From the NCBI GenBank assembly GCA_943359345.1, contig CALRHE010000004.1, positions 1 through 59,600 on the forward strand: a stretch of 59,600 nt of DNA. Direction: 5' to 3'. The notes under the pieces were generated by a model, which was not told the DNA's origin, did not search any database, and saw nothing but the letters and a program-made list of their open reading frames with translations. Positions 20,397-29,085 of the stretch are shown one piece after another. This stretch comes from Candidatus Uhrbacteria bacterium. Its GTDB lineage: Bacteria; Patescibacteriota; Patescibacteriia; UBA9934. The position numbers were made by a program, and so were the translations under genes. How positions within the stretch are numbered: position 1 is the stretch's first letter; every line of letters starts with the position of its first letter.

Positions 20397-20876
20397 CTAC
20401 AAGAGACTGAATTGCTCCCCTAGGCTAACCGCAGTACCAATCAGGGTTGAGTCAAACATAGCTTGCGACACCGCCCCGGCTGGCAGGTATGTAACACTCA
20501 CGTAGGCGAGCGCAGCGATAAGAATAGCGGCCTGAACTAGCCCCAAAACCATTCCCAGTAATCGGTTAATTAAACCAACAAATGGGATGATCGACATCAA
20601 GCGACGCACCAAATCTAAGGCACCCACAATCAAGCGAATAATTTGACTAACCACTACCGTCAGGGTCAAAAATACCAACACGAAGATGGCGGGATTGCTC
20701 GTCAGGTCAAAGCCGGTAAAGTCTTCGAGCCAGGTGACGCCCCAAATTCCAATTGCGATGCTGACCACAAGACCAAGCAAGCTCCCAGCCGCCTGGATGA
20801 ATCCGTGTTTATATCCGCTCCAAATCAACAACAGCGAAATTACCGCCAAGATAACATCAATGATGATCGGATCCAC
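20397..20876 (-). CDS. cvpA: CvpA (colicin V production) family membrane protein
   Basis: GYKHGFI, INRLLGMVLGLVQA. Confidence 0.85.
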   Translation of the reverse strand: MDPIIIDVILAVISLLLIWSGYKHGFIQAAGSLLGLVVSIAIGIWGVTWLEDFTGFDLTSNPAIFVLVFLTLTVVVSQIIRLIVGALDLVRRLMSIIPFVGLINRLLGMVLGLVQAAILIAALAYVSVTYLPAGAVSQAMFDSTLIGTAVSLGEQFSLL

Positions 20877-20894
20877 AGTTTTAATCTTCAGTGT

Positions 20895-22340
20895 TTAAGT
20901 CTTAGTCTCCTGATCACGACGTGGAAACAAGGGCTCACCATGAATAAGCTTATCTCCAGTATAACGCCTTAGAATCTCTTCGGCCGCAGCCGGGATGACC
21001 GGGCTAAGGGCTCGACCGATCCAGACAATCATAGCCGCAAGCTCGGACAGCGAACGCTTGGCATCAGCCGGGTTGGTCTTAGCGAGCTTGAAAGGTTCTT
21101 CTGTTTGGATTTTTAGGTTAGCCGCGCTAACAACTTCCCAAACACAATCGATGTATTTCTTAAAATCGTACTGTGCCAGAGCCTCGCCCATGCGAACGTC
21201 GTACTCGGCGTGATCAAAATCAACTTTGTCGACCTCGCCCTCAAAATACTTATTACTCATGGCCGCCACACGACCCATAAGATTTCCAAGATCGTTAGCC
21301 AGCTCGGCATAGCGCTCTTCCATGCGTTTCACAGAATAATCACCATCGGTACCGTACGGCATCTCACGCAATAAATAGTAACGAACCGCGTCAGCTCCGT
21401 AGGTCGCAACCAAAGACTTGGGGTCGATGACGTTGCCGACCGACTTACTCATTTTCTGTCCGTCGACAGTAATAAAACTGTGGATGAATATCTGCTTGGA
21501 CAGCGGCAAACCAGCTGATAACAGCATGCCCTGCCACATAGCCGACTGTTGACGGAGGTTGTCGATGCCAGCTACCTGAATACCAGGCCAAAACTTCTCG
21601 AAATTCCCAGCCTGAGGCCAGTCGAGCGTCGAAATATAATTTACCAGTGCGTCAAACCACACGTACATGACATGGCCCTCATCGCCTGGGACAGCGATAC
21701 CCCACGGCATCTTATCCTTGAGTCGAGAGATACTAAAGTCGTTAAGCCCAGCCTTTACGAAGTTCTTAATCTCGTGGAATTTTTCCTTGGGAACAACAAA
21801 GTCTGGATTGGCTTCGTAATGATCAAGCAAAGCTTGCTGATATTTTGACCAGCGGAAGAAATAATTTTCCTCATCCCGCAGTTCGATCTTGTTCTTAGGA
21901 TGTGTCGGGCAACCACCGTCGACGAGTTCTGAATCAGTTTTCTCAAGCTCACAGCCCACGCAATATTTGGTCTGATACTGCTTTTTGTAAATATCGCCAG
22001 CAACCTCGCAACGTTTCCAAAACTCTTGAGCAGCGGCTACGTGTTTCTTGTCAGTCGTGCGAATGAAATGGGTGTAGGTCAAATTCAAAAGCTCACGCAG
22101 CTCGTCGAACTTGGCAGCATATTGATCGCAATAAACTTTTGGATCAAGCCCCGCCTCAAGCGCCTTCTTGTAAATTTTCTGACCGTGTTCGTCGGTACCT
22201 GTATTAAAAATCACCTCATTGCCACGCAAACGTTCAACACGAGCCAACGTGTCGGCTTGGATAATCTCCAGAGCAAAACCAATGTGCGGTTCAGCGTTGA
22301 CGTACGGCAAGGTGGTGGTTATGTAGTAAGTCTTTTTCAT
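20895..22340 (-). CDS. metG: Methionyl-tRNA synthetase (short form)
   Basis: YVNAEPHIG (HIGH-like), TGTDEHGQK, YVWFDALVNY, KMSKS. Confidence 0.97.
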   Translation of the reverse strand: MKKTYYITTTLPYVNAEPHIGFALEIIQADTLARVERLRGNEVIFNTGTDEHGQKIYKKALEAGLDPKVYCDQYAAKFDELRELLNLTYTHFIRTTDKKHVAAAQEFWKRCEVAGDIYKKQYQTKYCVGCELEKTDSELVDGGCPTHPKNKIELRDEENYFFRWSKYQQALLDHYEANPDFVVPKEKFHEIKNFVKAGLNDFSISRLKDKMPWGIAVPGDEGHVMYVWFDALVNYISTLDWPQAGNFEKFWPGIQVAGIDNLRQQSAMWQGMLLSAGLPLSKQIFIHSFITVDGQKMSKSVGNVIDPKSLVATYGADAVRYYLLREMPYGTDGDYSVKRMEERYAELANDLGNLMGRVAAMSNKYFEGEVDKVDFDHAEYDVRMGEALAQYDFKKYIDCVWEVVSAANLKIQTEEPFKLAKTNPADAKRSLSELAAMIVWIGRALSPVIPAAAEEILRRYTGDKLIHGEPLFPRRDQETKT

Positions 22341-22345
22341 AAACG

Positions 22346-22420
22346 AGCGGTAACGCGTCAGATCCCGAACAAAGCGGTAACGCGTCAGATCCTGAACGAA
22401 GGTGAAGGATCTATCGAAAC
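22346..22420. repeat. 27-nt-period tandem duplication running into a REP-like half unit
   Basis: agcggtaacgcgtcagatcc(c/t)gaac at 22346-22370 and 22373-22397; gatcctgaacgaaggtgaaggatctatcgaaac at 22388-22420 is identical to 22797-22829. Confidence 0.9.
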
Positions 22421-22427
22421 AGTTATT

Positions 22428-22724
22428 TTAAGTGCTGTCTGTGATTAGATCCTCAAATACGTCCTTCCACCTTGGATTGAACTGGTTTATTAAACCGACT
22501 TTCTTAACTCTCGTCCAGCCCTTCAGCTGCTTCTCTCTTATATATGCCTGATCTTCGTCTTCACAGCTCTCATAGTACACAAGCTTGGTACAGCGGTACT
22601 TTTGTGTAAATCCCACAACAAGGCCCTCGCGATGAGTTTCAACTCGAGCTACTAGGTGGGTACTCATACCAATATACAAAGTGCGATGAGATTCATTTGT
22701 CATGATGTAAACTCCGCAGCTCAT
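22428..22724 (-). CDS. Small stand-alone GIY-YIG nuclease (start ATG 22724 or 22730)
   Basis: GVYIMTN...LYIGMS..L..R, FTQKY..TKLVYYE, AYIREKQLKGWTR.KK, NPRWKD. Confidence 0.9.
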   Translation of the reverse strand: MSCGVYIMTNESHRTLYIGMSTHLVARVETHREGLVVGFTQKYRCTKLVYYESCEDEDQAYIREKQLKGWTRVKKVGLINQFNPRWKDVFEDLITDST

Positions 22725-22797
22725 ACGCATGCACTTATACGGATGATGATATTTCGGATTCGCGATCCTGAGCTGAGACATGGCACCCTGGCCTACG

Positions 22798-23054
22798 ATC
22801 CTGAACGAAGGTGAAGGATCTATCGAAACCATTATCGAGAACCCATTCCCAGTTTACTAGACCCTTCATCTGCATTCAGGGTCTTGGAGTATCAATTACC
22901 AATGTTCAGACTCTTGGAGTACTCAACCGTCTCGATCAGGTCACAATTGGTACTGTACTAAATCCTGAACGAAGGTGAAGGATCTATCGAAACCATTATC
23001 GAGAACCCATTCCCAGTTTACTAGACCCTTCATCTGCATTCAGGGTCTTGGAGT
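22798..23054. repeat. Two perfect 93-nt direct repeats, each an inverted REP-like doublet (REPIN/BIME-like)
   Basis: 22798-22890 = 22962-23054; each holds atcctgaacgaaggtgaaggatct and the imperfect inverse agacccttcatctgcattcagggtc. Confidence 0.92.
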
Positions 23055-23093
23055 GCACGATCGCTTAACACAACTGTTTACCATCGACTGTCC

Positions 23094-23765
23094 TCACGCC
23101 GGAGCAATGACGATCACAAACTCCCCTTTTGAACTAGTGGCCTCGATCTGCTGCATAACCTCCGCTGGTAAACCCCGGTAAATTGTCTCATGCATTTTGG
23201 TAAGCTCGCGACCAACCACAAGTGAGCGGCCGAGTTCCTTTAGAGCCTCAAGAGTTTTCATGATGCGATGCGTCGACTCATACAGCACAATTATGTGATC
23301 AATCTTAGCCAAGTCTTTAAAAAAGCTTTGGCGACCTTTCTTATGCGGTGGGAAACCAACAAATGTGAATCGATCGATCGGTAGCCCAGAAATCGATAAG
23401 GCTGCAATGACAGCGCTCGGCCCTGGAATCGGTATAACGATGACACCCGCGGCCACTGCATCAGCTACAAGAAAACTGCCAGGATCAGAAATCGCCGGCG
23501 TGCCAGCATCGGTTACGAGCGCGATGGACTTCCCAGCCACGAGCATGTCCACGAACTGCCTGCGCTTCAGGGCGTCGGTGTACTCATGAAAAGAGTTGAG
23601 CGATGGTCTGATCTCAAGCGCAGCCATGAGTTTAGCGGTGACCCGAGTATCCTCGCACAGCACCAAATCAACACTCGACAAAACTTGTTTCGCCCGTGCT
23701 GAAATATCACCCAGATGTCCAATTGGTGTTGCGACTACGAACAGTTGTCCAGCGGAGTCCGGCAT
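23094..23765 (-). CDS. rsmI: 16S rRNA (cytidine1402-2'-O)-methyltransferase (start moved to ATG 23765)
   Basis: LFVVATPIGHLGDIS, CEDTR, TDAGTPAISDPG, YESTHR, RELTKMHE. Confidence 0.95.
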   Translation of the reverse strand: MPDSAGQLFVVATPIGHLGDISARAKQVLSSVDLVLCEDTRVTAKLMAALEIRPSLNSFHEYTDALKRRQFVDMLVAGKSIALVTDAGTPAISDPGSFLVADAVAAGVIVIPIPGPSAVIAALSISGLPIDRFTFVGFPPHKKGRQSFFKDLAKIDHIIVLYESTHRIMKTLEALKELGRSLVVGRELTKMHETIYRGLPAEVMQQIEATSSKGEFVIVIAPA

Positions 23766-23766
23766 T

Positions 23767-24951
23767 TTATTGAATCTCAAGAGTTTGTCCTTCGGGTTCG
23801 ATGTCATCGAGTGGCAACAATTCCTGGCCACTAATTAGCGAGGCTGGGTACATGGCAAAGTGAGCAAAAGCGTAATGTCGTGTAAGCGGTAGTTCTGCTA
23901 GCGACGTTCCCCTAAATTCGCCGGACAAAGCCACGCCCTCAGGCGACCAACGTGAACCGGTTTCTTCATCCGTGATAGTCCCACCGACATAGTTAAATCG
24001 CAACACACGACCACTGACGTTCCGATCAAAGATCCGAACAGTATCTAGGTCCTCGTCGTACAAAGCTACGATTGAGAGTTCACCCTGGCTGTGCGGCACG
24101 ACGGCATTAGGGTCTTTTTGCATGGGCAGGTAGCGAAGCATGAACACCAGCGGCTGCTCACTCGTTTCAAATCGGTAAACTAAATCTTTGGGCTCAAGTT
24201 GATTAAAAACATGATTGAGCGGGAAAAATATTCCCGGTGAGCTTTCGTAACTGGCGTAAGGATGACGACCATAATCTCGGGCTACACCGGTATCCATGGA
24301 TAAAACTAAACCTGTCGGATGGCGATCTTTCCAGGTGGCCCAAGTCATCACAGCCGAGGGATAGATTTCAAGTTTTTGACCAACGCCCTTGCCTACAATG
24401 GCCTGTCCGGTGGTCTGATTCCACCAAGTGCCGTAACCGTCCTCCATTAACAAACCGTTATTGTACACCTGTCCGGCATCAACAAAATTATGTAACTCAC
24501 CAGTCGTCTCTGAAGCCTTAGCTGAATACACCACCGCCGAACCAGTAAGTGGCGAATACGTAATGATCAGATCCTCACCGTTGATGTTATCGTGCACGAT
24601 TTGGTGCCAGTTCAAAATCTGAAAAGGGTAAAAACGTTGTGTGTTACCCACGCTGACAGCAATGCCCTCAAGCTCATCGGCCAACTTGCTGTCGGCGCTA
24701 GCAATGTCATCATGTTTCGGATCGTGCAAGGCCGGCCTGTCATTCGCAGCCAGACCACTGGCGTAAATTTCATCAGGCGGCACCAAATACTTTAACCCAC
24801 CCTGTGAAATTGGCTCAGCGTAAACTCCCCCATCAAGTTCTGGATAACCACCAACAGCATTATCGCTCCCCCACATCCGCGATCCGGCAAAACCTAAGGC
24901 GGCTAAGATTACAATCACTATAAAGGCAATGAGGCTAGGTTGTTTTTGCAT
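23767..24951 (-). CDS. DUF3179-like exported protein
   Basis: N-terminal TM anchor; RFYPFQILNWHQIVHD, TYSPLTGS, GQVYNNGLLMED, TWATWKDRHP, DEETGSRWS. Confidence 0.75.
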   Translation of the reverse strand: MQKQPSLIAFIVIVILAALGFAGSRMWGSDNAVGGYPELDGGVYAEPISQGGLKYLVPPDEIYASGLAANDRPALHDPKHDDIASADSKLADELEGIAVSVGNTQRFYPFQILNWHQIVHDNINGEDLIITYSPLTGSAVVYSAKASETTGELHNFVDAGQVYNNGLLMEDGYGTWWNQTTGQAIVGKGVGQKLEIYPSAVMTWATWKDRHPTGLVLSMDTGVARDYGRHPYASYESSPGIFFPLNHVFNQLEPKDLVYRFETSEQPLVFMLRYLPMQKDPNAVVPHSQGELSIVALYDEDLDTVRIFDRNVSGRVLRFNYVGGTITDEETGSRWSPEGVALSGEFRGTSLAELPLTRHYAFAHFAMYPASLISGQELLPLDDIEPEGQTLEIQ

Positions 24952-25014
24952 ATGAGCTTGTATAAGATCGGAAAAATGCTACCATGAAAGGGCTAAATTC
25001 GTCACCTTTTACCT

Positions 25015-25539
25015 ATGATTACCCTAGGTCACTCAGCTCCAGATTTTAAGGATATCACCGCCTACAGACAGGGAGAGTTTACAAAAATTAGTTTGTCAGA
25101 CTTTCACGGTAAGTGGCTAGTATTATTTTTTTACCCACGTGACTTTACCTTTATTTGTCCAACTGAGCTGCGCGGTTTTGCTAAACACACGGCCGAACTA
25201 AGTCAGCTTGGTGCCCAGGTCCTAGCCGCTTCAACTGACTCTGAATGGAGTCACAAAGCTTGGTTAGAAAAAGACCTACCGGAGATTGACTATCCCGTGC
25301 TCGCCGATACCACGCACCAGGTCTCTAAAGCCTACGGGGTGCTAGATGAAACTAATGGCGAGTCGCAGCGTGGCCTGTTCATTATCGACCCAGAGGGACT
25401 GGTAAAATACGTGGTCATCTCAGCCGGTTCAGTTGGTCGCTCAGTCAAAGAAGTCATTCGTGTGCTCGAGGCTCTACAATCCGGTGAACTCTGCCCGGTG
25501 GAATGGGAGCCGGGACAAACAACTCTTGGCAAGGCCTGA
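25015..25539 (+). CDS. ahpC: Typical 2-Cys peroxiredoxin (AhpC/Prx1)
   Basis: FYPRDFTFICPTE, GRSVKEVIRVLEALQ, LCPVEW. Confidence 0.95.
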   Translation: MITLGHSAPDFKDITAYRQGEFTKISLSDFHGKWLVLFFYPRDFTFICPTELRGFAKHTAELSQLGAQVLAASTDSEWSHKAWLEKDLPEIDYPVLADTTHQVSKAYGVLDETNGESQRGLFIIDPEGLVKYVVISAGSVGRSVKEVIRVLEALQSGELCPVEWEPGQTTLGKA

Positions 25540-25543
25540 AATT

Positions 25544-25771
25544 TTATTTTTTCAGAAACTTTATAAAAATATCTTTCTCAGCACCCAGAGTTCTGAGATT
25601 ATTGAGTATAATAAATGATGGTAATGGATTATATTGAGGCACAACCAAAGGACGTGTTAACCCCTGCTTACGATAAATGCGATGATCGCCCTTGGTTCTA
25701 TGTAAAACGCAGCCTTGGGTCAAAAAAAATTTCTCGAATATTTTCCAACCTACGGATCCAAATTCACCCAT
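25544..25771 (-). CDS. hicA: HicA-family mRNA interferase toxin
   Basis: 75 aa; 'RTKGDHRIYRK...PLVVP' with the conserved G-x-H. Confidence 0.8.
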   Translation of the reverse strand: MGEFGSVGWKIFEKFFLTQGCVLHRTKGDHRIYRKQGLTRPLVVPQYNPLPSFIILNNLRTLGAEKDIFIKFLKK

Positions 25772-25772
25772 A

Positions 25773-26060
25773 CTAAGCCGCAGTCGGTATCCTCACCTTC
25801 ATGAGCGAATGCGTCACGACTTTCGGCGGCTGCATGGAGCCTTTAGTCTTTGTCCAGCCGAGTTCCTTGAGTGCCGACTCAACTGTACCCATCTCAATCA
25901 GCTCTTCAAAGAAGAGCTCAACTGCCTCAACGAACATACGCCGAGCCTGGGCTTCAGTTTTTCCTGCGGTTGATAAATCCAAAGCTGGGGTATAGGCCAC
26001 GAAGGCCTTACCTTCTCTGAAAATAGTAACTGGAAGTGAGCAGGAAAAATTAGTCTTCAT
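25773..26060 (-). CDS. hicB: HicB-family antitoxin (short, no evident DNA-binding domain)
   Basis: FVAYTPALDLSTAGKTEAQARRMFVEAVELFFE partial RNase H fold pattern; adjacent to hicA. Confidence 0.78.
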   Translation of the reverse strand: MKTNFSCSLPVTIFREGKAFVAYTPALDLSTAGKTEAQARRMFVEAVELFFEELIEMGTVESALKELGWTKTKGSMQPPKVVTHSLMKVRIPTAA

Positions 26061-26080
26061 ATTACTGGCACTATATCACG

Positions 26081-27574
26081 CTAGAATTTCTCCACAAATT
26101 CTACAAGTGTACGCACGCCGTGGCCTGTGCCACCCTTGCCTAGATACGAGCTCAACGGTCGCTCAGCATAAGCCGGGCCAGCAATATCTAGGTGTACCCA
26201 GGGTTTGCCATCTACGAACTCCTGAATGAATAGACCAGCTGTCAGTGTTCCGCCGTAACGCGAGGTTGGGATATTCCGCAAGTCGGCGATGTCCGAGTTA
26301 ATCAGTTCACGATAGCGCGGCTCAAGTGGTAATTCCCACATTTTTTCACCAGCCAGCTCGGCCGCCTCCAAAACTTGCTTACCCAACGCCTGATTGTTAG
26401 TCATGAGGCCAGTGATCTCTTCGCCAAGTGCCACCATGCAGGCACCCGTTAACGTAGCTAGGTCGATAATTGCATCTGGTTTTTCTTTAAGTACGTAGGT
26501 GATGGCGTCAGCTAGTGTGAGACGACCTTCAGCGTCGGTGTTCAAAATTTCGATCGATTTTCCATTTGATGCTCTAACCACATCACCAGGTCTAATCGAC
26601 TTACCTGACACCATGTTTTCTGTAGCCGCAATCACCCCATGCACGTTAACACGTGGTTTAAGTTTAGCTAAGATCTCGAACAGGCCGATCACGGCCGCTC
26701 CCCCAGCCATGTCGCACTTCATAGTCATCATGGCGTCAGCCGGTTTGAGAGATAATCCACCCGAATCAAAAGTTACACCCTTGCCCACCACGGCTAAAGT
26801 TTTTTTGGTTGGTCGAGGCGAGGTGTAGGTCAAGTGAATAAACTTAGGCTCATGCTCAGCCCCTTGAGCTACTGCCAGGTATGCTCCCATCTTGAGTTTT
26901 GTACATTCAGCTGTATCAAGCACCTTGATCTTGATTATGCCTGACGAGCTTTTAGCCACCTGCGTAGCGGCCGCAGCCATGTGTGTCGGTGTCATGTCTT
27001 GCGCCGGAGTGTTGACTAGATCACGAGCCGTGGTGATGCCGCCTGCAATCACCTGGGCTCGCTCAATATGTTTACGCATGGCCTGTGCCAGCCGACCGTC
27101 AGCTGCCAAAATTTCTAGGCTATCAATTTTTTTTGCCGGCTTGTGTTTGCGATAAGTCTCAAAAGTGTAATCAGCTAACTGAACAGCTAGTGCCACGGCC
27201 TCAGCGGATTCGGCTTTAAAATCTTTACCAGATAAATCCAGAGCCAAAGTTTTAAGGCCTTTACGTTTAGCTGTGGTCAACATGACTCCCGAGGCCTCCC
27301 GCACAGCCTCTTCTAAACCATGCAAGCGTTTACTCCCCAAACCAACCAGCAAAAACTCGTCAGCCATTGACTCTACCGGAGCCGGCAGTGACAACGACTG
27401 ACCGACCTTGCCAGAAAAATCCAAGGCCTTAGCAGCCTTGGCTGCTCGTTGTTTCCACACGTCATTAAAGCCTTTGAGGGTCTGAACATCAAACTCAGCA
27501 TTTTCAAACACCGGCAGCACCAAGAGCTCGGCTGGACTAGTCAATAAATCCCCTTTTTTTACTGTAATCGTCAT
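26081..27574 (-). CDS. pepA: Leucyl aminopeptidase (M17)
   Basis: VGKGVTFDSGG, MKCDMAGG, NTDAEGRL, DLATLTGA, HLDIAG. Confidence 0.97.
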   Translation of the reverse strand: MTITVKKGDLLTSPAELLVLPVFENAEFDVQTLKGFNDVWKQRAAKAAKALDFSGKVGQSLSLPAPVESMADEFLLVGLGSKRLHGLEEAVREASGVMLTTAKRKGLKTLALDLSGKDFKAESAEAVALAVQLADYTFETYRKHKPAKKIDSLEILAADGRLAQAMRKHIERAQVIAGGITTARDLVNTPAQDMTPTHMAAAATQVAKSSSGIIKIKVLDTAECTKLKMGAYLAVAQGAEHEPKFIHLTYTSPRPTKKTLAVVGKGVTFDSGGLSLKPADAMMTMKCDMAGGAAVIGLFEILAKLKPRVNVHGVIAATENMVSGKSIRPGDVVRASNGKSIEILNTDAEGRLTLADAITYVLKEKPDAIIDLATLTGACMVALGEEITGLMTNNQALGKQVLEAAELAGEKMWELPLEPRYRELINSDIADLRNIPTSRYGGTLTAGLFIQEFVDGKPWVHLDIAGPAYAERPLSSYLGKGGTGHGVRTLVEFVEKF

Positions 27575-27858
27575 AGGATATCTTTTTCTATCATTTTCAC
27601 AATCTCGTCAATATCGTCCCAAGTGGCCCCAGACAGCCAGACATCGTCAGGCATGATCATAATATTTGGTCCAAAGTCACATTGACCGAGGCAGCTGGTT
27701 TGCACCACCCGTACGGGCAATTGCTTGGCTTTACATAGCTCCTTCAGTTTGTCCTTATATTCACTACCGCCTTGAGGACCACAAGAAACTCGACCATCGT
27801 CGCGAATGTTGCCACAAACCAAGATCAACTTCTTATAAGGTATACTTTGCTGGTGCAT
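27571..27858 (-). CDS. Thioredoxin-like [2Fe-2S] ferredoxin
   Basis: LVC-x10-C...TSCLGQCDFGPNI four-Cys pattern. Confidence 0.85.
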   Translation of the reverse strand: MHQQSIPYKKLILVCGNIRDDGRVSCGPQGGSEYKDKLKELCKAKQLPVRVVQTSCLGQCDFGPNIMIMPDDVWLSGATWDDIDEIVKMIEKDIL

Positions 27859-27861
27859 AAA

Positions 27862-27890
27862 TTGACGAAAACTTGAGTCTTCGGCATACT
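27862..27890 (+). promoter_or_regulatory. Putative sigma70 promoter
   Basis: TTGACG, 17 nt, CATACT. Confidence 0.55.
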
Positions 27891-27957
27891 ACTCTCCATC
27901 TTGAACAAGGGCAATCTCCCCTTAACCCCATCAACCCCCTTAACCCCTTTATTCAAT

Positions 27958-28089
27958 ATGCCAACCCGCCATCACATCTCACGCAAAAGTGCCAACGCAC
28001 GTTTTGCCGTCAAGCGTAAAGAAGCTGAATTTACTCGCCGCAAAAACAAAGCTAAGCGCCTAGCCAAACTAGAGAAAAAGGCCGCTTAG
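27958..28089 (+). CDS. Small very basic protein (43 aa)
   Basis: MPTRHHISRKSANARFAVKRKEAEFTRRKNKAKRLAKLEKKAA; promoter upstream; stop 3 nt before the next gene. Confidence 0.55.
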   Translation: MPTRHHISRKSANARFAVKRKEAEFTRRKNKAKRLAKLEKKAA

Positions 28090-28092
28090 TTT

Positions 28093-29016
28093 ATGCGCTT
28101 CTACTCGATGCTAATGTTAAGCAGTCTGCTCCTCCTCGGTGCAGGCTGTTTTAAGTCGTCGCCAATCAGTGTTCTGCCCGAAACCCCTGATAGACAATCT
28201 GAAATACTCGTCGGCGATCTTGAAATCGAGGCCGTCACTATCGAGCGTAACTTTGTTCTCAATGACTCGGCCGAGTGTCGAGTCAATCTCAGTTATCCCA
28301 ACCTCTTAGCAGGTAGCCTCCCGGCTGAGGTTGGTGCCGAGGCCGACCGAGCTATGGCTGGCTTCATAGCTAAAGCACTAGGCTCAGCTGCTGACGTTGA
28401 AAGTACTTCCGAGCTGGACGCACTTATTGATGATTACCTTAAGGTCTGCGAACATGGAATTACCGCCGAGTACGACGCTCTCACTGAAGCTGATGAAGTT
28501 CTGTTCACAAACCTCAAGCACCGTCTAGACATCGTGTATTCAATAACTCTTAACGAGCATAATTTATTAAGCCTTGGTCTAGATGAATATTCGTACACTG
28601 GCGGAGCTCATGCCAACCAAAATCAACTTTACTTAAACCTTGATCTTAATGGCAACCGTTTACTCAAACTTCAAGACCTGATTAAACCTGATAGTCTCAA
28701 AACTTTTGTCCAACTCGAAAAATTTAAATTACTTGAGGCACAGGCTGACAATCTGTATCCCGATAGAATAGCAGAGTATGAAGCTTTGATGATCGATACT
28801 CGCCTACTATCTGCCGAACAACAAATCGAAAGCTATGGCGACATCGACAATTTTTATTTGTCCGCTACTGCTATCGTCACTTATTACAATCCATACGACC
28901 TGGCACCGTATGCCGTGGGTCCAATTTTTGTTGAAATTCCGTATACTGTGATCCTGGATTATCTAGATCCTAATAGCCAGATCTCACCGCTCGTTGAGGC
29001 ACTCAAACAATTATAA
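28093..29016 (+). CDS. Lipoprotein with RsiV/PdaC-like (DUF4163/DUF3298) domain
   Basis: LLLLGAGC lipobox; YSYTGGAH, LKLQDL, YNPYDLAPYAVGP. Confidence 0.8.
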   Translation: MRFYSMLMLSSLLLLGAGCFKSSPISVLPETPDRQSEILVGDLEIEAVTIERNFVLNDSAECRVNLSYPNLLAGSLPAEVGAEADRAMAGFIAKALGSAADVESTSELDALIDDYLKVCEHGITAEYDALTEADEVLFTNLKHRLDIVYSITLNEHNLLSLGLDEYSYTGGAHANQNQLYLNLDLNGNRLLKLQDLIKPDSLKTFVQLEKFKLLEAQADNLYPDRIAEYEALMIDTRLLSAEQQIESYGDIDNFYLSATAIVTYYNPYDLAPYAVGPIFVEIPYTVILDYLDPNSQISPLVEALKQL

Positions 29017-29023
29017 GCACAAG

Positions 29024-29050
29024 GCCCCATGGTCAGAGAGACCATGGGGC
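29024..29050. terminator. Hairpin between convergent genes
   Basis: gccccatggtc agaga gaccatggggc. Confidence 0.65.
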
Positions 29051-29085
29051 ACGATTGTCGCCGAGCTGAACGGATCATGGGGTGA

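Noticed and set aside
22388-23054. CRISPR array
   Set aside because: Units are 93 nt with identical internal spacers, only 2-3 copies, irregular spacing, and no cas genes
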